NCBI GenBank assembly: GCA_944349335.1
Contig: CALVMW010000001.1
Location: 423,671-487,670 of the forward strand
Reading direction: 5' to 3'
DNA: 64,000 nt
Source: an uncultured Bacilli bacterium
GTDB taxonomy: Bacteria; Bacillota_I; Bacilli_A; RFN20; CAG-288
Part shown: positions 1 through 6,560 of the stretch, one piece after another
Numbering within the stretch: the first letter of the stretch is position 1
Layout: every line of letters starts with the position of its first letter
Made by a program: the position numbers and the translations under genes
Notes under the pieces: generated by a model
What the model was told of the DNA's origin: nothing
The model's database searches: none
The model's input: only the letters and a program-made list of their open reading frames with translations

Positions 1-793
1 CATCATTAGCTATAAACATCAAAGCATAAGGTAAAGTCACATTATCGATAATATAATCATTAGCTATCTTATCTATCTGACCTTTTAAAGTTGAAATTAA
101 TAATTGTTTATTCTTTTTATATTCCTCAGGAGAAGAGATAAGATTTTTATATTTAATTACTGAAAATTTGCTATCGATACAAATAATAGTTTTCTCATCT
201 AAATGAATAACAGCATCCGCAATAACTTTATCATTAGCATTATTAGTCAACGAATATTGCTTTTCAAAAATATTATTATCTCCAAAAGTAGAACGAAGGA
301 TATTACCTAAAAAATGTTCTCCATATTTACCGGCTTTATTTGAATAAGAAAGAATACTATTTAAAGAATTAACTTCCTTAGAAAGATTGACAATATTATT
401 TTTAGCATCATCAATAATAGTTAATGAAGTAGTAACCTTCTCAATCTGTTCATTATTAGTTTTAAAGCCATCAGTTATAGAATTATTGACTTGATTCTGA
501 ATATTTAAAATATGATCATTGATATCTTTTTTTAAACTATCTAGGAATGTATATTGTTCCTTTATCTGTTTATTAGTCTCATCTTTCATCTTACTTAATT
601 CAATATTTAATGAATTAGCAATAGAATTATTGATACTCTTATCAAGATTATTAATATTAGTATTTATAGAACCTAAAGAAGAATATAAATCATGATCATC
701 TCTTTTTTTATGATAATGGATAATTAAAATAATAGTTATAATCAATGCAAGTAAACACACAATTAAAAGAATCAAAATAACATAATCTAACAT
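1..793 (-). CDS. rmuC: DNA recombination protein RmuC (partial; the 3' end / C-terminus lies beyond the window start)
   Basis: The reverse-strand reading frame is open from the ATG at 793 (GGAGG 8 nt upstream) through position 1. The translation MLDYVILILL... has an N-terminal TM helix, coiled-coil and a DKVIADAVIHLDEKTIICIDSKFS segment typical of RmuC. The supplied ORF track omits it (edge-truncated); I translated it by hand. Confidence 0.7.
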   Translation of the reverse strand, partial: MLDYVILILLIVCLLALIITIILIIHYHKKRDDHDLYSSLGSINTNINNLDKSINNSIANSLNIELSKMKDETNKQIKEQYTFLDSLKKDINDHILNIQNQVNNSITDGFKTNNEQIEKVTTSLTIIDDAKNNIVNLSKEVNSLNSILSYSNKAGKYGEHFLGNILRSTFGDNNIFEKQYSLTNNANDKVIADAVIHLDEKTIICIDSKFSVIKYKNLISSPEEYKKNKQLLISTLKGQIDKIANDYIIDNVTLPYALMFIAND

Positions 794-841
794 CTATCTG
801 ACCTCCTTTAAAATATCTTATCATATTAATGATGAAAAAAG

Positions 842-870
842 TTGACACTGCTATTAGAATCCGCTATAAT
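842..870 (+). promoter_or_regulatory. Sigma70-type promoter of the tRNA-Val/tRNA-Ser pair (TTGACA, 17 nt spacer, TATAAT)
   Basis: TTGACA at 842-847, a 17-nt spacer, TATAAT at 865-870, about 25 nt upstream of the tRNA 5' end. Confidence 0.7.
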
Positions 871-894
871 TATTTTCGCTTTGAAAGAAGCAAT

Positions 895-970
895 GGGCGT
901 TTAGCTCAGCTGGGAGAGCATCTGTTTGACGTACAGAAGGTCATAGGTTCGAGCCCTATAGCGCCCACCA
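895..970 (+). tRNA. trnV: tRNA-Val (anticodon GAC)
   Basis: 76-nt cloverleaf: acceptor GGGCGTT/AGCGCCC, D stem GCTC/GAGC, anticodon stem TCTGT/ACAGA with loop TTGACGT, T loop TTCGAGC, encoded CCA. Confidence 0.85.
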
Positions 971-972
971 TT

Positions 973-1002
973 GTTTAAGCCTCATGAAGGCTTTTTTTAT
1001 TA
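973..1002 (+). terminator. Terminator-like hairpin (AAGCCT-CATGA-AGGCTT plus a T-run) between the two tRNAs
   Basis: 6-bp stem, 5-nt loop, then TTTTTTT. It sits between tRNA-Val and tRNA-Ser. Confidence 0.45.
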
Positions 1003-1006
1003 TTTT

Positions 1007-1098
1007 GGAGCAGTACCCAAGCGGCTGAAGGGACTGGTCTTGAAAACCAGCAGTGGGCGAATAACCCAGCCAGAGTTCAAATCTCTGCTGCTCCGCCA
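1007..1098 (+). tRNA. trnS: tRNA-Ser (anticodon TGA), class II with a long variable arm
   Basis: Acceptor GGAGCAG/CTGCTCC, 3-bp D stem, anticodon stem CTGGT/ACCAG with loop CTTGAAA, roughly 20-nt variable arm with a TGGG/CCCA stem, T arm CAGAG-TTCAAAT-CTCTG, G discriminator plus CCA. The 7-bp acceptor stem argues against tRNA-Sec. Confidence 0.8.
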
Positions 1099-1153
1099 TC
1101 TTATAACTAACATTTTGATACAAAGTAATGGTCTCAAAATGAACGATATTTGT

Positions 1154-1185
1154 CCGAGAAATCGGACTTTTTAATTTTAGGGGTG
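1154..1185. repeat. Repeat copy A (partial; GAGAAATCGG-CTTTTT core) of a local 3-copy repeat family
   Basis: Shares about 25 nt (CCGAGAAATCGGaCTTTTTaaTT) with the 5' part of copies B and C. Confidence 0.35.
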
Positions 1186-1334
1186 TTTTGCTAGTATATA
1201 AAAATTGATTTGAATCTACGGATTTTAGAATTTTGGTTCTGCTAGAAAAAAGAAAGCCTACTAGCAAAACGTATCTCTACTAGAAAAAATATCCTTATGA
1301 ATCCACAATTTTATTTTAATTAAGCGGCAACATA

Positions 1335-1787
1335 ATGACTCTGAATAAGTTAAATCTATTTGTTGTTTTTAGATCGGTATACCGATATAATATTGGTATG
1401 ACATTTTTAGATTTATTAGCATTTAAAAAAACAACAGTTTATGCGTTATCCATTAAAAGCGGGATTCCGAAAACCACTTTAATTGATATTGCGTCTAGTA
1501 AGACAGACATTTTAGAGTGTTCTGGTAAAACATTATTAGCAATATCAAAAAGTTTAAATATATCAATTGAAGAGTTGCTTTCTCTAGAAAAAGAAGAATC
1601 TAAAACTTTGTTGCCTTTATTTTTATATGATGCGATTTCAGAATATAGAAAATCTATACGTGAGAATAGTTCTTTATTAGATTGCTATAGCGACCAATTA
1701 AATAGTTCTATCAATGTTGCTGAAGTTGAAAATCTCATTTCGAAAGAACAAGCTGATCGATTAAGAGCAAGATACTTTAGGAGATAA
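1335..1787 (+). CDS. XRE-family helix-turn-helix protein (HipB-like putative antitoxin/regulator) with a roughly 70-aa C-terminal extension
   Basis: Residues KTTVYALSIKSGIPKTTLIDIASSKTDILECSGKTLLAISKSLNISIEELL match the HTH_XRE helix 2-3 pattern. The true start may be the internal ATG at 1398. It lies 8 nt upstream of the HipA-like kinase gene. Confidence 0.6.
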   Translation: MTLNKLNLFVVFRSVYRYNIGMTFLDLLAFKKTTVYALSIKSGIPKTTLIDIASSKTDILECSGKTLLAISKSLNISIEELLSLEKEESKTLLPLFLYDAISEYRKSIRENSSLLDCYSDQLNSSINVAEVENLISKEQADRLRARYFRR

Positions 1788-1794
1788 ACACTAT

Positions 1795-2670
1795 ATGATT
1801 AATTTTACAAATTTTCCGATAAGAAAAAAGGCGTATGGGGGTGCGAATGGGAATAAACTATCGGTAGTTTATAATGATGATCTTTATATGATCAAGCTCC
1901 CGATGCACGCCATTAAAAATCCTAATCTATCCTACACGAATAGTTGTATTTCTGAATATTTAGGTTGCCGTATTTTTAATATGTTAGGTGTAAAAGCACA
2001 AGAAACATTATTAGGAGTATATGAATTTCATGGAAAAGTTAGAAATGTTGTTGCGTGTAAAGATTTTACTTCTATAAATACTATATTTATTGATTTTGCA
2101 TCAGTAAAAAATCAAATTATCGATTCTGCTTCAAATGGATATGGAACTGAATTGGCCGATATTCTTGATACTATTGAGAAACAAAATGCAGTCGATCCTA
2201 AAGAATTAAAAGAACATTTTTGGGATATGTTTGTTATTGATGCGTTTATTGGTAACTGGGATAGACATAATGGTAATTGGGGTTTTTTATATAACCAAGA
2301 AAACGATGAAATGAAAATTGCTCCAATCTTTGATTGTGGTTCATCGTTGTTTCCTCAAATTGACGATGAATTAATTAAAAAAGTTATGTCATCTAAGACA
2401 GAAATGGACGCTCGCGTTTTTGATATGCCAACTTCTGCAATACTAGTAAAAGGAAAAAGAGGCAATTATTTTAGAATGATAACATCCTTGGAATACAGTG
2501 ACTGTAATGAAGCAATCAAAAGAATCGTTCCTAAAATCAATCTTAAACAGATTAATTCATTAATTGACGAAGTGGAGCAAGCAAGTGATTTACAAAAATT
2601 ATTTCTTAAAAAAATACTAAAATTACGTAAAGAAAATATATTGGATTCTGCACTTATGAAATTGACTTGA
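1795..2670 (+). CDS. HipA-like Ser/Thr kinase lacking the N-terminal subdomain (HipT-like short kinase, putative toxin)
   Basis: AGGAGA RBS. Glycine-rich loop GGANGNKLSV; catalytic motif IGNWDRHNGNWGF (HipA DxHxxN); Mg-binding motif IAPIFDCGSS (HipA APxYD-like). At 291 aa it is the kinase core only. Confidence 0.65.
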   Translation: MINFTNFPIRKKAYGGANGNKLSVVYNDDLYMIKLPMHAIKNPNLSYTNSCISEYLGCRIFNMLGVKAQETLLGVYEFHGKVRNVVACKDFTSINTIFIDFASVKNQIIDSASNGYGTELADILDTIEKQNAVDPKELKEHFWDMFVIDAFIGNWDRHNGNWGFLYNQENDEMKIAPIFDCGSSLFPQIDDELIKKVMSSKTEMDARVFDMPTSAILVKGKRGNYFRMITSLEYSDCNEAIKRIVPKINLKQINSLIDEVEQASDLQKLFLKKILKLRKENILDSALMKLT

Positions 2671-2692
2671 AACAACTTATAGGAGTTTAGAA

Positions 2693-3223
2693 ATGCTTAA
2701 TGTTAACGATGAAATATCAATCAGCGATATTAAATACACAATAGTAAAACTTTTAGGACATGGTAAAGGTGGATATTCATATCTAGCAACAACTGATAAT
2801 AAAAAATATGTATTAAAACAAATCCATCACGAGCCTTGTTCTTATTACCAATTTGGTAACAAAATCGAAGCCGAATTACATGATTACGAGCGACTTCTTA
2901 AAACAGGAATTAGAATCCCTAAATTGATTGCGTATGATAAAGATAAAGAAATAATCATTAAAGAATATATTGAAGGACCAGTCTTATCTGACCTAATTAA
3001 ATTAAATAAAGATATTACAATTTATATTAAGCAAATGAAAGACATGCTTCCTAATATTTATAGTGCAGGTCTTAATATTGATTATTATCCAACAAATTTC
3101 ATTATCAATAAGAATGATAATTTAATTTATTACATTGATTACGAATGCAATTTATACGATGCAAAATGGGATTTTGATAATTGGGGAATAAAGTATTGGA
3201 ATGGCGGTGAAAAACTAATTTAA
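2693..3223 (+). CDS. Minimal eukaryotic-like kinase (ELK) fold protein, 176 aa (Bud32/RIO/Kdo-kinase/APH-like)
   Basis: AGGAG RBS. G-loop LGHGKGGYSY, beta3 Lys in VLKQI, hinge KEYIEG, catalytic-loop-like DYYPTNFII (D-x4-N), IDYE in the DFG/IDWE position. Confidence 0.5.
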   Translation: MLNVNDEISISDIKYTIVKLLGHGKGGYSYLATTDNKKYVLKQIHHEPCSYYQFGNKIEAELHDYERLLKTGIRIPKLIAYDKDKEIIIKEYIEGPVLSDLIKLNKDITIYIKQMKDMLPNIYSAGLNIDYYPTNFIINKNDNLIYYIDYECNLYDAKWDFDNWGIKYWNGGEKLI

Positions 3224-3350
3224 GAATGAAAATGGTATTGTTTTTCTAGTAAAGGTATTATCTTGCTATGTTTTGTATTAAAGTGATAGCATAATGACAT
3301 TTGTTAGAAAGATATTTAAAACTGTAGATATAGTAAAATTTACACTTTTG

Positions 3351-3448
3351 CTCGAGAAATCGGGGCTTTTTTTGTAGTTGTTGCTCTTGTGGTTTATATC
3401 ACTTTTAAAGTACAAAAAAAGTTTTTGCCCAATAGTCGAACGATTAGG
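3351..3448. repeat. Repeat copy B (about 95 bp), upstream of the first nitroreductase gene
   Basis: GAGAAATCGGGGCTTTTTTTGTAGTTGTTGCTCTTGTGGTTTA...ACGATTAGG aligns at about 75% identity with copy C (4541-4634), including an identical 19-mer TTGTTGCTCTTGTGGTTTA. Confidence 0.55.
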
Positions 3449-3691
3449 AAGTTAACTAATTTTTCATGAAAGGGAAATAAGCAAATGTGAGACGTTTATG
3501 AGCCTTTTAAGACACAAGTAAAAACATTATCTAATCTATTCTTTACTTATTCAAAGTTAGTATCTTTAGCAGTATAATGTAAATGAAAATTAACGTGGAC
3601 TTTTCCGGAGTCATCATCTTTTTGCCACATAGTCTAGTGATTGAATAGGTAGTTTTGTATTTATCATGTTTTTAGAAGGAGAATGATATTT

Positions 3692-4213
3692 ATGAACACT
3701 GATTTTATTAAACTAATTAAAACTAGAAGAAGCATAAGAAGCTATAAGAAAGAACCAATATCAGAAAAGGATTTAAGTAAGATTCTTGAAGCTGGAACTT
3801 ATGCTCCTACAGGTGGAGGAAGACAATCGCCTACCATTGTGGCTGTTACTAGTCCTAAGTATCGTGAAAAAATTACTGAGCTAAATGAAAAAGTTAGAAA
3901 TACAAGTAATGACCCATATTATGGAGCTCCAATTGTTATTTTAGTTTTAGCTGATGGTAATGCTTCGAATTTTGTTGAGGATGGAAGCTGCGTTCTTATG
4001 AACATGATACTTGCTGCTCACTCTCTTGGACTTGGTAGTGTTTGGGTTGCTAAAGAGCGTGAGATATTTGATAGTGAAGAGGGGAAAGAACTTCTTAAAG
4101 AGTGGAATCTTCCTACAACATTAAGAGGTGTTGGAGCTCTTGCTCTTGGCTATGCTAATGAAGAACCTAAGGAAGCAGCACCTAGAAAGAAAGACTACAT
4201 CGTTAGAGTATAA
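3692..4213 (+). CDS. Nitroreductase-family oxidoreductase (FMN-dependent)
   Basis: IKTRRSIRSYKKEPISEKDL...PTGGGRQSP nitroreductase N-terminal signature. RBS AGGAG precedes the ATG at 3692; the track's ATG at 3683 abuts the SD. Confidence 0.8.
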   Translation: MNTDFIKLIKTRRSIRSYKKEPISEKDLSKILEAGTYAPTGGGRQSPTIVAVTSPKYREKITELNEKVRNTSNDPYYGAPIVILVLADGNASNFVEDGSCVLMNMILAAHSLGLGSVWVAKEREIFDSEEGKELLKEWNLPTTLRGVGALALGYANEEPKEAAPRKKDYIVRV

Positions 4214-4540
4214 AATATTTACAAAATACTTATTTAATCACTTAAGCCATCATTCTTATTTTGCTGAGTTTGGTGGCTTTTTTGTTTTTCTAAGAATTGC
4301 TTAGAAAGGTAAAGTCAAGATTTATCAAGTGTGATTTAATCAGGAATGTAGAAAATTTTGTTGGCGATTATGATGCTTCTAAATCAAATAGAGAGTTTAT
4401 AAAAAGATAAGCTCTCATAGCCAGCACTTCCTTCGGTCAGTTTATTTTTGATAATTTTAGATCATACTCAGCATATCTTTTCCAGCAAACAAGCCAAATT
4501 AAGTACTATATGGTGTGTCGATATTAAGTATAGAAACCTT

Positions 4541-4634
4541 GAGGAATCGAGGCTTTATAATTGTTGCTCTTGTGGTTTAGGCTACTTTAAATGTTCAAAA
4601 TTCATGATTTTTACCCACTTGCTCAACGATTAGG
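4541..4634. repeat. Repeat copy C (about 95 bp), downstream of the first nitroreductase gene, with an extra ACGATTAG iteration at 4646-4653
   Basis: GAGGAATCGAGGCTTTATAATTGTTGCTCTTGTGGTTTAGG...ACGATTAGG, homologous to copy B. Confidence 0.55.
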
Positions 4635-4759
4635 GGACTAGACAAACGATTAGACCACTAGAGAAACGAAACACCCCAAAACAGGAAATAAACGTTTGTT
4701 CGAAATATTAAATGAATAATTTAGACTACTTTACTTGTATCGATGAAATTATGAGTAGG

Positions 4760-5003
4760 CTATTGCCTTTTAATTTTTGATGAATATTTAATTTCTTTTC
4801 TATGCTTATTGCCGTTTTCATCTTCAAGAACATTAGAGCGTCTTTTTCTTTCTTCCTGCACCTTATTAAATAGCTCAATTAAATAGCTCAGTGGGAATTA
4901 TAGAAGTATGAGCTTCAGTAAATTTATACATGCTATGCTCGCCATTATTGATATATCTTTTCTTGTCCTTAGTATATGTTTTAAACACATCTGAAAACAA
5001 CAT
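4760..5003 (-). pseudogene. Disrupted small ORF (about 77 aa if repaired), possibly the N-terminal arm-type DNA-binding fragment of an integrase; broken by a 13-bp tandem duplication
   Basis: Reverse strand reads MLFSDVFKTYTKDKKRYINNGEHSMYKFTEAHTSIIPTELFN then stop. After the duplicated ATTAAATAGCTCA (4865-4877 and 4878-4890) the frame continues ...ELFNKVQEERKRRSNVLEDENGNKHRKEIKYSSKIKRQ. No homolog could be confirmed by eye. Confidence 0.3.
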
Positions 5004-5121
5004 GTTTGATACATTCTTAGAACTTATCTAAATGTGTTCAAACATTTTTTATTTTAAGCGATTAATAAGATATTTTAAAAAAGTTGCCGTTATAAAGATG
5101 TGCAATGTATCAAAAACGTAG

Positions 5122-5553
5122 CCATCTGATATCAGAATTATCGGTGATGTATCTAAACTCGATGATTTAACTATTAAAAATGCTGAAGATTTCCTTACAT
5201 CTTTACCTAAACAAGTTGAAGTTACTTTCTTAGATGGATCAAAAGCTTTAGTAGATGTTCAATTTGATACTTCTATCTTCCAAGGTAAAAAAGGAACATA
5301 TGAGTTAACTGGTTCACTCATCTTACCTCCTGAGTATGTTAACGCATTTAATAGACAAGTATCTTCAATAGTAATTGTCGAAAATGATTTGAAAGTTGAG
5401 GAACCTATTAATCCTCAAGATCCAACGATTGAAGATGATCAAAAAGGCTTACAAGCTAGTGATATTGCGGCTATCGTTCTTGGAATAATCTTAGGCTTAA
5501 CAATCATCGGTGGTCTAATTTACTTCCTCATTATAAGAAAGAAAAAAGCATAA
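5122..5553 (+). pseudogene. 3'-terminal fragment of a cell-surface protein gene with a C-terminal transmembrane anchor; no start codon
   Basis: Open frame of about 143 aa from the stop at 5119-5121 to the TAA at 5551-5553, with no in-frame ATG near the 5' end. It ends ...IAAIVLGIILGLTIIGGLIYFLIIRKKKA (TM helix plus basic tail) and is followed by a rho-independent terminator. Absent from the ORF track. Confidence 0.5.
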
Positions 5554-5561
5554 ACTATAAA

Positions 5562-5588
5562 GGGCGGAATAATCTTCCGTCCTTTTTT
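5562..5588 (+). terminator. Rho-independent terminator (GGGCGGAA...TTCCGTCC plus T-run)
   Basis: GC-rich imperfect hairpin followed by TTTTTT. Confidence 0.6.
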
Positions 5589-5642
5589 ACTAATAAGAAA
5601 TTCAATTTTTAAATGCTATAATATCAGTAGCGAGGATATATT

Positions 5643-5933
5643 ATGAATAATACATTAAAAATCTCCTTAAATGATGAACAAGGTGAATATGCTTATGTCT
5701 CATTAGAAGATAAAGATAACACCTACATCATTAAAGAAACTTATGTAGATAAGAGATATCGTGGACAAGGTAAAGCCAGTGAACTTATGAAAAAAGTTAT
5801 CGAAAAAGCTGAATTAGATAACCATAGAATCGCAGCAACTTGTTCCTATGGAATATCTTATTTTGAAAAGAATCCCCACGAGCTTTACGACAAAGATAAA
5901 TCGATATTAAAAGAGGAAGTTTGCCATTTATAA
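5643..5933 (+). CDS. Small GNAT-family N-acetyltransferase (96 aa)
   Basis: YRGQGKASELMKKVIE matches GNAT motif A (R/Q-x-x-G-x-G/A). TATAAT at 5616-5621 and a GAGGA RBS. Confidence 0.6.
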   Translation: MNNTLKISLNDEQGEYAYVSLEDKDNTYIIKETYVDKRYRGQGKASELMKKVIEKAELDNHRIAATCSYGISYFEKNPHELYDKDKSILKEEVCHL

Positions 5934-5944
5934 GAGGAAAAATT

Positions 5945-6463
5945 ATGAAAACAGTTATTGAAACTATAAAAGAAAGAAGATCTATCAGAAAATATGAAGA
6001 TAGAGAAGTAAGTGAAGAAATTATCAAAAAAATATGTGAACTAGGCTTGATGGCACCTAGCGGAATGAATAAAAAATCACCTATCATCATCGCTATAAAA
6101 GATAAAAAGATGCGTGATAGATTATCTAAATTAAATGCTTCTTTTTTAAATTCTTCTTCTGATCCTTTTTATGGAGCACCTGTTGTTTTGATAGTATTAG
6201 CTGATAAAAATATTCCAACCTATATTTATGATGGTAGCTGCGTGATCGAAAATCTTCTTTTAGCTAGTTATGCTTATGGCTTAGGTAGCTGCTGGATACA
6301 TCGAGCTAAAGAAGAATTTAATTCTGAAGAAGGTAAACAAATTTTACAAGAACTAGGTATCGAAGGTAATTATGAAGGTATCGGTCATGTTATTTTAGGC
6401 TATCCAGCTGAAAAGAAAGAAAAGAAAGATATAGAAGATAATAGAATAGTTTGGTCTTTATAA
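5945..6463 (+). CDS. Nitroreductase-family oxidoreductase, paralog of 3692-4213
   Basis: IKERRSIRKYEDREVSEE...; roughly 45% identity to the first nitroreductase by eye. GAGGA RBS before the ATG at 5945. Confidence 0.8.
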   Translation: MKTVIETIKERRSIRKYEDREVSEEIIKKICELGLMAPSGMNKKSPIIIAIKDKKMRDRLSKLNASFLNSSSDPFYGAPVVLIVLADKNIPTYIYDGSCVIENLLLASYAYGLGSCWIHRAKEEFNSEEGKQILQELGIEGNYEGIGHVILGYPAEKKEKKDIEDNRIVWSL

Positions 6464-6560
6464 TAGTTAAACAATTTAATTATTTCGACTATCTTATAGT
6501 TGCTAAAAATAACATTTGACAAAAAAATTATTTCTAGTATCTTTTTGCTAGGAGGAAATT

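Noticed and set aside
1007-1098. A long-variable-arm tRNA with anticodon TGA could have been tRNA-Sec
   Set aside because: The acceptor stem is 7 bp, not 8, the anticodon is UGA (Ser) not UCA, and the D and T arms are canonical class II Ser.
956-1267. 103-aa minus-strand ORF and 67-aa plus-strand ORF (971-1174) from the ORF track
   Set aside because: Both lie across tRNA-Val, the inter-tRNA hairpin and tRNA-Ser. The tRNA cloverleafs explain the sequence, so the ORFs are spurious.
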